A DNA stretch of 64,000 bases from Candidatus Moraniibacteriota bacterium (lineage in GTDB: Bacteria > Patescibacteriota > Minisyncoccia > Moranbacterales > GCA-2747515): assembly GCA_942490825.1 (NCBI GenBank), contig CALNYG010000005.1, positions 134,240 through 198,239 of the forward strand, in the 5' to 3' direction. A program made the position numbers and the translations under genes. The stretch's first letter is position 1; every line of letters begins with the position of its first letter. Below the pieces are notes generated by a model. It saw only the letters and a list, made by a program, of their open reading frames with translations, did not search any database and was not told the origin of the DNA. Below are positions 37,410-46,575 of this stretch, piece by piece.

Positions 37410-38138
37410 TTATTCTCTCGCAATCACCAAAGCTCGAACTTCTTCTGCTCCAGCTTTTTTTAGAACACTTGCACAAATGGATAAAGTTGTCCCTGTGGTA
37501 ATAATATCATCAATGAGAATAATTTTTTTACCTTTGATGTTTTCAGGGTTTTTGATGTGAAAAGCATCGTTTAAATTTTCCAGTCTTTTTTTACGGCTTT
37601 TCATTTTCACTTGGGGCGTCGTGTTATTTTTTCGAATTAGAGAATCGGTGATGATTGGGATTTTTAAATCTAATTCTTGAGCTAAAACTTCTGATTGATT
37701 AAAACCACGCCATCTTAGTCTTTTTTTGTGTAAGGGAACGGGAATTATTAAATCGGGAGTGGGATGTTTGGAATTTTGTAAAGATTGGGCAATTAGTAAA
37801 GCTAGAGGCTCGGCTAATTTTTCGATAAATTTGTATTTGAAATGGTGAACGGCTTTTTTTAAGATTTGGCTTTGGTAGGTTGATGCGATGAAAACGCTTT
37901 TTAAATCTGCTTCGTATTTTTGGGAGCAAGGAAGACATATCTCTCCGTTTTCTGTTTCGTTATTTTTGCAGATAAAGCAGTGTTGTTCTGTTAGGATTGG
38001 GAATGTTTTGTGGCAATCGTCGCAAATCCACTGATTGTATTTTTGGCAACTGAGACAGCGGATTGGGAAAAGTGTGTCTAAAATTATTTTTTTGGTTTTT
38101 TGGAAAATGACTTTTATTTTTATTTTTTTTAAATTCAT
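37410..38138 (-). CDS. comF: ComF-family protein (double zinc ribbon + phosphoribosyltransferase domain)
   Basis: 242 aa. N-terminal CxxC pairs (CLSC...CDDC; CFIC...CLPC) and the PRTase motif ILIDDIITTGTT. Confidence 0.85.
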   Translation of the reverse strand: MNLKKIKIKVIFQKTKKIILDTLFPIRCLSCQKYNQWICDDCHKTFPILTEQHCFICKNNETENGEICLPCSQKYEADLKSVFIASTYQSQILKKAVHHFKYKFIEKLAEPLALLIAQSLQNSKHPTPDLIIPVPLHKKRLRWRGFNQSEVLAQELDLKIPIITDSLIRKNNTTPQVKMKSRKKRLENLNDAFHIKNPENIKGKKIILIDDIITTGTTLSICASVLKKAGAEEVRALVIARE

Positions 38139-38315
38139 ATGTTTATTTATGCAAAATTAATTTTTTTCGCAGGAACCAGTTTTATAACTGGTTTCATAAC
38201 GTTTTTGTAAAGTTCAAAGTTTGTTTTTAAATTTTTTGTAGAACTTTTTCAGAAACGTGTGGAACGGGCTGTAAAACCCGTTCCTGCTTTAAGTAAAATT
38301 GGTGTTTTCATGGGG

Positions 38316-38344
38316 TTGACAAGATTTTTATTGTGTGCTATTAT
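38316..38344 (+). promoter_or_regulatory. Consensus promoter TTGACA-17-TATTAT
   Basis: Spacing counted directly. It has the same architecture as the promoter at 63537. About 175 nt of AT-rich leader precede the ORF. Confidence 0.6.
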
Positions 38345-38521
38345 TTGGTGTTGTGATATGAAATTCGATGAATTTTAATTGTAACATAGTTCTTTGAATA
38401 TTTTCATTTTTTCTCTGATTTATTGATTTGTTTTCGTAATTTAGAAAGTTAATTTTTTTTAGTTTTTTAGATTTACGGAAGCAACTCATAAAAAAGCTAC
38501 ACTATTACTATGGAGAGAAAC

Positions 38522-38809
38522 ATGTTAAAAAACCTAGAGCAAATAGCACAAGAGTTGGGTGGTGAAGAGTTCGTATCTTTTGCAGATTCTGACGAAAAAG
38601 ACGGTGGTGTAACCGTATGCTCATTCAAAGATCAGCAAAAATATGAAGATAAAAACAAACCATTATTTCAGGTTATGTATACCTTGTACGGCACGGAAGC
38701 CTGCATACTACAAAACCATCTTATATCCAAAATGGGATATGACCTTAAAGAAGTGCTTTACGAATCACATGGAGTAAATGAGATTTTATTTCAACTCACA
38801 AACCATTGA
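38522..38809 (+). CDS. Hypothetical small protein (orphan)
   Basis: The ATG at 38522 is preceded by GGAGAGAAAC. The product is 95 aa, followed by a hairpin plus T-run at 38873-38905. No motif recognised. Confidence 0.5.
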   Translation: MLKNLEQIAQELGGEEFVSFADSDEKDGGVTVCSFKDQQKYEDKNKPLFQVMYTLYGTEACILQNHLISKMGYDLKEVLYESHGVNEILFQLTNH

Positions 38810-38928
38810 TCAAAGAGAGTTCAATAGCTAGAAAAGCTCTTAGGGAGAATTTTGCTAAATAGTTTTTTCTTCAAGCGGTCTTACTCGTAGTTAGGCCGCT
38901 TTTTCATTTTTTAAATTAAAAACTTTAA

Positions 38929-38947
38929 AAGCCCGTGCGGCGAGCAC
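38929..38947 (+). repeat. 19-mer AAGCCCGTGCGGCGAGCAC
   Basis: Exact copy. Confidence 0.8.
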
Positions 38948-38964
38948 TTTTTTAAAAAACAAAA

Positions 38965-38992
38965 ACTCCACGATTTTTACAAACCGTGGAGT
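38965..38992 (-). terminator. Hairpin terminator for clpC (minus strand), distal to twin-hairpin copy C
   Basis: ACTCCACG-12 nt-CGTGGAGT, with a T-run on the minus strand (TTTTGTTTTTT). Confidence 0.55.
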
Positions 38993-39011
38993 CAAAATAA
39001 AACTTTAAACT

Positions 39012-39177
39012 TAGTTAGTTCAATTGTCCTCGATTGAACTATTTTTTTATACCAAATTTTAAGTTTAGATAATTTTAAAAGTTTACACAACAATCTTTTA
39101 GTTAAAATAAACACCAGGTTCAATCTACAAGATTGAACCAACTGCAAGATTAAACCAACTATAAGATTAAACCAACA
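39012..39177 (+). repeat. Twin-hairpin element, copy C, with a triplicated right end
   Basis: GTTCAATTG-tcct-CGATTGAAC ... GGTTCAATCT-aca-AGATTGAACCAAC, then two further 17-nt units (TGCAAGATTAAACCAAC, TATAAGATTAAACCAAC). Confidence 0.7.
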
Positions 39178-39180
39178 AAT

Positions 39181-41628
39181 TTATTTTTTAACCAAAATCT
39201 TCCCACCTTTCAAATCCAGCTTAATCTCTTTCACACCAATATTCTCAATAATAAACTCAGCCACAATATTTTCAACCTTATCATAAATAACCTTCCGCAC
39301 ACCTCTCGCACCCTCTTTAAATTCAATCGCTTTTCTCGCAATCTCACTCACAACTTTTTGAGAATAAGACAAAACAATATCACGTTTTTTAAGTCTAGTC
39401 TTAAGTTTCAACATTTCATTTTTTGCAATTTCTACAAGACTCGCTTCATTAAGAGAATTGAACACAATCTTGTTATCCAATCGTGAAAGAATTTCCGGAG
39501 AAAGAACCTGTTTGATCTCTTTCAAAACATTTTGAGAAACCATCTTTTCTTTTTTAGCAACATCTCCGCCACCAAAACCTAAACTAGAATTTTCATTGAA
39601 GAATTGATTTCCAATATTTGAAGTCAGAATAATAATACTATGACGGAAATTAATCAATCGTCCCTCACCGTCATGCAAAATACCATCTTCTAAAATTTGT
39701 AAAAGAATATTAAAAACATCAGGATGAGCTTTTTCAATTTCATCAAAAAGAATAACACTGTAGGGATTACGTCGAACTTTTTCAGTTAAAGTTCCGCCTT
39801 CACCATAGCCAACGTAACCTGCTGGTGCACCTACTAATTTAGAAGCTTGATGTTTTTCCATCAACTCACTCATATCCACTCGAATTAAGCTTTCCTCACT
39901 ACCATAAATTTCGCTAGCCAAAGTCTGAGCGGTTAATGTTTTACCAACTCCAGTCGACCCAAGAAATAAGAAAGAGCCATAGGGTCGTTCCTCACTAGAA
40001 ACACCCGTAATTGAACGATTTAAAGTTTGAGTAATTAGTTTTAGAACTTCTTCTTGACCAATTACAACTTTATTTAATTTCTGATAGGTTTTTGCTAAAT
40101 TATTTTCAGGAGTTAAAGAAATTTTTTCATAAGGTATATTTGAAATTAAAGATGTTGTTTGTGCAATATCTTCAATAGTAATTTCTTGTTTTTTACTTCG
40201 TAAATCTTTTTTGACTTTTTCTTGTAAATCAATTAGAACATCAATAATATCTGCTTCCTGCTTTTTAAAAACAGATGCTTTTTTATATTGTCGTGTTCGA
40301 ACGCTTTGTTCCTTTTTAGAAGAGATGTCCTTCAAATCATTTTCTAATTCAACAATTTCTTTTAAAATAGGATTTTTTTCTGTTTTAGAATTTAATCGGG
40401 AAGCTGTCTCGTCTAAAAGATCAATAGCTTTATCTGGTAGGTGACTTTCTTGAATATATCTAACACTCAAATCTACAGCGCTTTTTAAAACTTCTAAACT
40501 TAAAGAAACATGATGATATTTTTCATAAGATTTTCTTAATCCTTTTAAAATAGCTAATGTTTCTTTTGAAGTAGGTTCTTTTAAAACAACTTTTTGGAAA
40601 CGCCTAGTTAAAGCAGGGTCTTTTTCAATATGTTTTTTATACTCATCAAAAGTAGTTGCTCCGATAATTTGAACTAGACCTCGAGCTAAAGCTGGCTTTA
40701 AAATATTAGCTGCATCTAAACTACCTCCAGTATTCCCTGTTCCAACAATAGTATGAATTTCGTCAATAAACAGAATTATATCTGGTCGAGATTCAACTTC
40801 AGCTATAACATTTTTTAAACGTTGTTCAAATTCACCACGAAAACTAGTTCCTGCTACTAAAAGAGCCAGGTCTAGCATTAATATTCTTTTATTATACAAA
40901 TTAGCTGGTGCATCTGGTGAATTAGTTAATTGCGCAATATATTCTACTAAAGCTGTTTTTCCAACTCCTGCCTCACCAATAAGAATTGGATTATTTTTAT
41001 TTTTTCTTCCTAAAATAGCAATAATTCTATCAATTTCATTTTTACGCCCAATAAACGGCTTATTTTCTTTATCTTTATTTAAATCAATACAAAAATTATC
41101 TAAAACACTACTTTGTTCAGATTCCAAGTCATTTGCAGCTAAAGTTAAAGAGCCTAACCCCATTGGCATTCCATTTTGATTGTCAAACATATCTAAATTT
41201 AATTTGTTTTCTATATCGCTCTTTTTTCTCTTACTTTTACTTAGTATTTTTTTAATCTTATTATTCTCTAAATCCAATAAAATATAAGTAAAGTGCTCTG
41301 TTCCTACATAAGGATACCCAAAATTACCTGCTAAAACATAGGCATCAGTAATTATTTCTTTTACAACACCTGATAAATTAGTACTTTTTCTTTCCTTAAT
41401 ACCTTCATCTTTTGAAAAAATAATTTTCTCAAAAATTTCTTTATTTAAGCCTATGTTTTTCAAGATATTATTTCCAACACTTCCTTTTTCTAAAAATATT
41501 CCATATAGTAAATGTTCTGGATTAGTTTCTTTTTCACCATTAGACCTAGCAATAGTTTCTGCTTTTGAAAGGCTGTTTTTAGCATGATCAGTTAACTTAT
41601 CAATAATTGTTGAGGCTTCTTGTTTCAT
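39181..41628 (-). CDS. clpC: ClpC/ClpB-type AAA+ chaperone ATPase
   Basis: 815 aa. Contains a Clp_N repeat and two AAA modules (GEAGVGKTALVE; GSTGVGKTLTAQ). The short middle domain favours ClpC. Confidence 0.9.
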   Translation of the reverse strand: MKQEASTIIDKLTDHAKNSLSKAETIARSNGEKETNPEHLLYGIFLEKGSVGNNILKNIGLNKEIFEKIIFSKDEGIKERKSTNLSGVVKEIITDAYVLAGNFGYPYVGTEHFTYILLDLENNKIKKILSKSKRKKSDIENKLNLDMFDNQNGMPMGLGSLTLAANDLESEQSSVLDNFCIDLNKDKENKPFIGRKNEIDRIIAILGRKNKNNPILIGEAGVGKTALVEYIAQLTNSPDAPANLYNKRILMLDLALLVAGTSFRGEFEQRLKNVIAEVESRPDIILFIDEIHTIVGTGNTGGSLDAANILKPALARGLVQIIGATTFDEYKKHIEKDPALTRRFQKVVLKEPTSKETLAILKGLRKSYEKYHHVSLSLEVLKSAVDLSVRYIQESHLPDKAIDLLDETASRLNSKTEKNPILKEIVELENDLKDISSKKEQSVRTRQYKKASVFKKQEADIIDVLIDLQEKVKKDLRSKKQEITIEDIAQTTSLISNIPYEKISLTPENNLAKTYQKLNKVVIGQEEVLKLITQTLNRSITGVSSEERPYGSFLFLGSTGVGKTLTAQTLASEIYGSEESLIRVDMSELMEKHQASKLVGAPAGYVGYGEGGTLTEKVRRNPYSVILFDEIEKAHPDVFNILLQILEDGILHDGEGRLINFRHSIIILTSNIGNQFFNENSSLGFGGGDVAKKEKMVSQNVLKEIKQVLSPEILSRLDNKIVFNSLNEASLVEIAKNEMLKLKTRLKKRDIVLSYSQKVVSEIARKAIEFKEGARGVRKVIYDKVENIVAEFIIENIGVKEIKLDLKGGKILVKK

Positions 41629-41773
41629 GGTTATATGTATTTAATTCACTTAGATTAATAGGTATTATGTCTTTATTTTAACATATAGTCAAGAATAAAT
41701 CCGTGTTTATTAATGAATTTAAAAACTAATATCAAGATGATTGCCTAAATATTAACCTTCTGTAATCAATTTC

Positions 41774-41782
41774 TGTGGATAA
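41774..41782 (-). promoter_or_regulatory. DnaA box (perfect TTATCCACA on the minus strand)
   Basis: TGTGGATAA read directly, upstream of dnaA. Confidence 0.7.
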
Positions 41783-41816
41783 CTCCTTAATAACTATTAC
41801 TTTACACTTTCATCCC

Positions 41817-41845
41817 TTGCAAAAAATACCCTTAAAGCCTATAAT
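41817..41845 (+). promoter_or_regulatory. Candidate dnaA promoter TTGCAA-17-TATAAT
   Basis: Spacing counted directly. Confidence 0.5.
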
Positions 41846-41892
41846 AACACAATATTTATCTAAAAAATTACAAATCAACTCTATTATAACAG

Positions 41893-41901
41893 TTATCCAC
41901 T
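41893..41901 (+). promoter_or_regulatory. DnaA box (TTATCCACT, one mismatch)
   Basis: Read directly. Relaxed boxes TTATAAACA follow at about 41912 and 41923. Confidence 0.55.
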
Positions 41902-41992
41902 AATACACAGGTTATAAACAGTTTATAAACATTCTCTTTCTTCAATTAAGTGCTATACTTATACTAAATTTCACATTAATCTAAGAAAACCC

Positions 41993-43390
41993 ATGGAAAA
42001 CAATCATCAAGAGACCTGGAAAGCATCATTAGGAGTCATAGAATTATCCATTTCTAAAGCTAATTTCAATACATGGTTTAAAAACACCTCAATAATCTCG
42101 ATTGAAGATAATCATGTTACCGTAGGCGTTCCCAATGGTTTTGCAAAAGAATGGCTAGAAAACAAGTATCAATCATACATACTTTCCGCAATAAAGACGA
42201 TCGTTCCTAATGCAAATAGTCTTAGTTGCGTAATTTCCACACCTAACAAAAAAAATGATGATTCAACAGGCGCTACCACAGCAAAAACAATAGAAAATAA
42301 GGTTAATAATCCTCCAATAAGTAGAAATTATAAACCTTCAGTTACTTCTAATTATAACAATAGAATTACTCTTAACAATAAATATAATTTTGATAGCTTT
42401 ATTGTTGGTGAAAATAATGAACTTGCTAAAGCTGCTTGTCATGCTGTTTGTGAAAACCTAGGAAAAATATATAATCCTTTGTTTATTTATGGAAAAGTTG
42501 GCTTAGGAAAAACTCATTTATTACAATCAATTGGTAATTATATCAGAGAAAAATATCCAGAGAAAAAGATTATTTATACAACTTCCGAAATATTCACTGG
42601 AGAATTAATTGAATCTATAAAAACTAATAAAGCAGCTGAATTTAAAAGAGAATATCAAAAAACTGACCTTCTTATTATTGATGATGTTCAATTTCTTTCT
42701 GGTAAAGAAAAAACTCAACAAGAATTTTTTCATATTTTCAATGCACTTTATCAACTAAATAAACAAATTGTTATTTCCAGTGATAGACCTCCTAAATCTA
42801 TCAGTACACTTGAGGAGCGTTTACGTTCTAGATTTGAAGGCGGTATGATTGCTGATGTTAGTGAGCCTGATTTAGAAACAAGAATGGCTATTCTACGTAA
42901 TAAAACACTCGAAAAAGAGTTTTACATAAATGATGAAATCTTAAGATTTATCGCAAAAAATATCAAAAATAACGTTCGTGAGTTAGAAGGAGCTTTAAAT
43001 AGGATTATTGCTGTTTGTGATTTATATAAAAGAGAGCCTACAATTGAATCTGTTACTGGAATATTATCAGAAATAATCGATAGCAATAAAAAAACTGGAA
43101 TCCAAAATAAAGATATAATTGAGGCTATTATTGAATTTTATGAAGTAACTAACGAGGATCTTATGAGTAAAAGCAGAAAAAAAGAAATTTCCTTGCCAAG
43201 ACAAATCGCTATGTATTTATTCAGAACTGAATTAAAATTATCATATCCTGGAATTGGTAAATATTTTGGTGGACGTGATCATACTACAGCTTTACATGCT
43301 TATGAAAAAATTAATAAAAGTTTGAATACTGATGATAAAATAAAATCAGATATAGATTATTTACAGGAAAAGTTATATACAGTTGTTTAG
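41993..43390 (+). CDS. dnaA: Chromosomal replication initiator DnaA
   Basis: 465 aa with GKVGLGKTHLLQ (Walker A), LLIIDDVQF and the C-terminal DNA-binding domain (HTTALHAYEKI). Confidence 0.95.
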   Translation: MENNHQETWKASLGVIELSISKANFNTWFKNTSIISIEDNHVTVGVPNGFAKEWLENKYQSYILSAIKTIVPNANSLSCVISTPNKKNDDSTGATTAKTIENKVNNPPISRNYKPSVTSNYNNRITLNNKYNFDSFIVGENNELAKAACHAVCENLGKIYNPLFIYGKVGLGKTHLLQSIGNYIREKYPEKKIIYTTSEIFTGELIESIKTNKAAEFKREYQKTDLLIIDDVQFLSGKEKTQQEFFHIFNALYQLNKQIVISSDRPPKSISTLEERLRSRFEGGMIADVSEPDLETRMAILRNKTLEKEFYINDEILRFIAKNIKNNVRELEGALNRIIAVCDLYKREPTIESVTGILSEIIDSNKKTGIQNKDIIEAIIEFYEVTNEDLMSKSRKKEISLPRQIAMYLFRTELKLSYPGIGKYFGGRDHTTALHAYEKINKSLNTDDKIKSDIDYLQEKLYTVV

Positions 43391-43394
43391 AAGT

Positions 43395-43438
43395 TGTGGA
43401 TAAGTCAGTCAAATTTTGTGGATAATTATTGTGGATAA
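43395..43438 (-). promoter_or_regulatory. Three tandem perfect DnaA boxes (oriC core, dnaA-dnaN spacer)
   Basis: TGTGGATAA occurs at 43395-43403, 43417-43425 and 43430-43438. A very AT-rich stretch follows up to 43619. Confidence 0.8.
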
Positions 43439-43619
43439 GTTAGATGAAAAGTTAATAAGTAGCGTTTTATTTTAAATACCTCTCAATTCACCACAATGCA
43501 AGATTAAGCTGTTACTAAGTAGAGAGGTTTATTTTCTTTTGTAGACTAGCTTAATTGGACTTATGCACTTTTGCACAGTTTAATAGTAATAATAGATTTA
43601 ATTATATAAAGATACTAAT

Positions 43620-44762
43620 ATGATAATTACATGTACGTATGAAAAATTTAGAGAAGCTCTTTTATTTATAGAATCAGCTACAGGTAAAAATTCTAGTCTA
43701 CCAATTATAAATAATATTTTAATTGAAGCAAAAGAAAATCAATTACATTTTTCTGCTACTAATTTGGAAATAGGAGTTATTAAAAGGATTCAAGCTAAAA
43801 TAGAGGAAGGTGGAAGTGTGGTTGTGCCAATACATTTACTTTTAAATTTTTTAACTGCTTTGAGAGGAGAGGAAAATATTAATTTAGAATTAAAGGAAAA
43901 TCAATTAACTTTAAAAAGTGGAGCACATACAACTCAAATTAATAGTTATAATGCAAAAGATTTTCCAATTATTCCTCAAAGTTCCGAAAGAAATTTTTTA
44001 AATTTTAATTTAGAAAATTTTAAGAAAATAATTTCTAAAGTTTTTCCTTTTGTGAGTAGTTTGGAAACCAGACAGGAATTGACAGGTGTTCTTTTTAAAA
44101 TTGAAGATGATAATGTTTATACTGTGGCTACGGATAGTTTTAGATTGGGAGAAAATATTATTTCTAGTAATGATTTAGTAAATAATAAAAATGCTAATGT
44201 TGAATTAAGTGAAGAAAACTTTATTATTTTAACAAAACAGCTTTGTTTGTATATAAATAAAATTGGGGATAATTATAAAGATGTGAATTGTTGTGTGGAA
44301 AATAATCATCTTTTTATTGAATGTGAGGATTTGAGCGTTACTGCCAAACTTATTGATGGCAATTATCCAGATTATAAACAGATTATACCCAGTAGTTCTT
44401 CAACTTTAATCACGGTGAATAAGGCTGAATTTATTGAGGCTTTGAAGGTAACTACGGTTTTTGTTGGTAAGGATAATAAGGAAATATTTTTTGATATTCA
44501 TAATGACAAGATGAAAATTACTACTAAACAACAGGAAAATGGAAGTAGTACTACGGAATTGGATATTTCATTGGATGGGGAAAAGCAAGAAATTGCTCTT
44601 AATCCAAATTATGTTTTGGAGGGTGTTAGAAAAATAAGTGAGGAAGAGATTTCTATTTCGATTAATAATAAAATGACGCCGGTTATTTTTAAGGGTGTTA
44701 GTGAGGGTAAAATTAATGAAAATTTTACTTACTTGGTTATGCCGGTTAAAAGTGCTTCTTAA
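43620..44762 (+). CDS. dnaN: DNA polymerase III beta sliding clamp
   Basis: 380 aa in the position immediately after dnaA. It has a typical three-domain length and N-terminal pattern (LPIINNILIEAKENQLHFSATNLEIG). Confidence 0.9.
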   Translation: MIITCTYEKFREALLFIESATGKNSSLPIINNILIEAKENQLHFSATNLEIGVIKRIQAKIEEGGSVVVPIHLLLNFLTALRGEENINLELKENQLTLKSGAHTTQINSYNAKDFPIIPQSSERNFLNFNLENFKKIISKVFPFVSSLETRQELTGVLFKIEDDNVYTVATDSFRLGENIISSNDLVNNKNANVELSEENFIILTKQLCLYINKIGDNYKDVNCCVENNHLFIECEDLSVTAKLIDGNYPDYKQIIPSSSSTLITVNKAEFIEALKVTTVFVGKDNKEIFFDIHNDKMKITTKQQENGSSTTELDISLDGEKQEIALNPNYVLEGVRKISEEEISISINNKMTPVIFKGVSEGKINENFTYLVMPVKSAS

Positions 44763-44885
44763 ATTGTGTTTTAAGGTGTTGAAATTGACGGAGGTTGATT
44801 TATTTTGGTTTTGATGTGACTTTCTTGGTTGGGTTTTATAAAATGGCTTAGAAGTTAATTTTGATGGTTTTATAACTTTTAATTT

Positions 44886-45389
44886 ATGAATAAATTTATT
44901 TTTGTAATTGATGGCATGAAACTACTAGATTTGAGTAATTTAGGAATTGATTTTTTTATTTTAATAACACAGATTGCAATTGCATTTTTTGCGGGTTATG
45001 TAGTAATTAAGGGTAGAAAAATTTATAAAGAACAGAAAGAAGAGGATAGAAAATTATATGAGAGACAGAAAAAGGTTGATAGGAAAGAATATTTGAGAGA
45101 ATTAAAAGTTAATACTTTAAAAGATTTTATTGGTTATAAATATGACTTGAAAGGAGATGGTTTTTTAAAAGCATTAAATGAAGTTTTTATTGTTTTTCAT
45201 GATTCAGATTCAGTTATCAGAAAATGGAATGATTTTCATAATATTTTAAATAAGAACTTTGATAGTTATGAACATAGAGAAGATGTTTCAAATAAAAAAT
45301 TATATTTATTATTTAAAGAAATGTGCGAAGATTTAGGAATGGATGCAGAAAAATATAGTTATGAATCATTTACAAAAATTTTCAATTAA
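44886..45389 (+). CDS. Hypothetical membrane-anchored protein
   Basis: 167 aa with one TM (FFILITQIAIAFFAGYVVI), then a charged helical domain. Confidence 0.5.
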   Translation: MNKFIFVIDGMKLLDLSNLGIDFFILITQIAIAFFAGYVVIKGRKIYKEQKEEDRKLYERQKKVDRKEYLRELKVNTLKDFIGYKYDLKGDGFLKALNEVFIVFHDSDSVIRKWNDFHNILNKNFDSYEHREDVSNKKLYLLFKEMCEDLGMDAEKYSYESFTKIFN

Positions 45390-45415
45390 ATAGGAAGTGT
45401 TAAGAAATTACAAAA

Positions 45416-45709
45416 ATGAAAAAATTAGATAACTTTTTAAAATTTAAGAAAAAACAAGTCCAGAGAAAAAATATGGATGTCGATGAAAAAACCGTTTTTC
45501 ATTTATTTATGTGCGTAATTAAAGAAGAATTTGGCAATCAAGGACAAAAGAATATAGTTCCAGTTTTTTTAAAAGATTCCGTTATTTTTGTAAAGATTCA
45601 AAATTCTATTTGGGCACAAGAATTATGGATTCAAAGGACTTTTTTTATTGATAATTTAAACGCTAAAGTTGGTGGAAAGTTGATTAAAGATATTAAGATT
45701 TCTAGTTAA
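45416..45709 (+). CDS. DUF721/DciA-like protein
   Basis: 97 aa. It sits downstream of dnaN, and the pattern VIFVKIQNSIWAQELWIQRTFFIDNLNAKVG resembles DUF721. Confidence 0.5.
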   Translation: MKKLDNFLKFKKKQVQRKNMDVDEKTVFHLFMCVIKEEFGNQGQKNIVPVFLKDSVIFVKIQNSIWAQELWIQRTFFIDNLNAKVGGKLIKDIKISS

Positions 45710-45810
45710 AATAGATTTTTAGAAATTTGGAATGGTAGATAAATTAAATTATTAAAATGCAATTTACTGTTTTTTAGAATTTTATAAATATTTAAAATTA
45801 AAGAAAAAAT

Positions 45811-46254
45811 ATGAATAATTATTTTCTTTCAAAAACTAGAATACCGGAAAAATTACCAGCGGAAATGCAAGAGGTAGTTGATGATTTAAAACAGTCTTCG
45901 AGTCAAGGAGAATGTTTACAAAAGGCGTATAAAAATATGACGGGTAGATATCGCGGATATAAACTTAGAACTTACACGAGATTTTTTAATATATTTACTT
46001 TTAATGTTGATAAGTTGTGGAATGACAAAGGATTTATTCATTGTCATAATGCTAATTATTTATTGAGAATTTTATTGGTAAAAAGTGGATTTTTTGAAAA
46101 TAAAGATCTTAAAAATAAATGGACATTGACTTGGTATTTGGCAATTCATCAATATTTAAAAATAAAAATGAACAACGGTGAAATTATTAATGTGGATGTT
46201 TGGGGTACTGCTTACGGAATTAAATTCGATGATTATTCAAATGGATTTCATTGA
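45811..46254 (+). CDS. Hypothetical protein with a possible transglutaminase-like Cys-His-Asp core
   Basis: 147 aa. GFIHCHNANYLLRILL (Cys), then IHQYLKI (His) and INVDVWG (Asp) appear in the expected order. Tentative. Confidence 0.4.
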   Translation: MNNYFLSKTRIPEKLPAEMQEVVDDLKQSSSQGECLQKAYKNMTGRYRGYKLRTYTRFFNIFTFNVDKLWNDKGFIHCHNANYLLRILLVKSGFFENKDLKNKWTLTWYLAIHQYLKIKMNNGEIINVDVWGTAYGIKFDDYSNGFH

Positions 46255-46297
46255 TTATACTAAAACTAATTAACCTCCATTCAACATAGTAAAAAAT

Positions 46298-46424
46298 ATG
46301 TCATTTCGACTGTAGCGAAGTGGAATGGAGAAATCTCAAAACTCTAAGTTGAAACTAAAGTTTTGAGATCTCTCCACTCCATATTTTTAAACTTCATTTA
46401 AAAATATTCCGGTCGAGATGACAT
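46298..46424. mobile_element. MITE-like element (ATGTCATTTCGAC ... GTCGAGATGACAT variant)
   Basis: Has TIRs plus a long internal inverted repeat (TGGAATGGAGAAATCTCAAAACT / AGTTTTGAGATCTCTCCACTCCA). Confidence 0.55.
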
Positions 46425-46483
46425 ACTTGAGGGTAATTGTTAAATAAAAATAATTAATTTTTTAAAAATACTTTCAAATAAAA

Positions 46484-46502
46484 AAGCCCGTGCGGCGAGC
46501 AC
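46484..46502 (+). repeat. 19-mer AAGCCCGTGCGGCGAGCAC
   Basis: Exact copy. Confidence 0.8.
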
Positions 46503-46530
46503 TTTATTTTTTTTAAAATTTATCAAATAA

Positions 46531-46563
46531 AAAAAGACTAGGAATTAATCTAGTCTTTTTTGT
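46531..46563. terminator. Hairpin terminator downstream of the PBP gene
   Basis: AAAAAGACTAG-gaattaat-CTAGTCTTTTTTG. Confidence 0.75.
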
Positions 46564-46575
46564 TTTGAGTGAACT

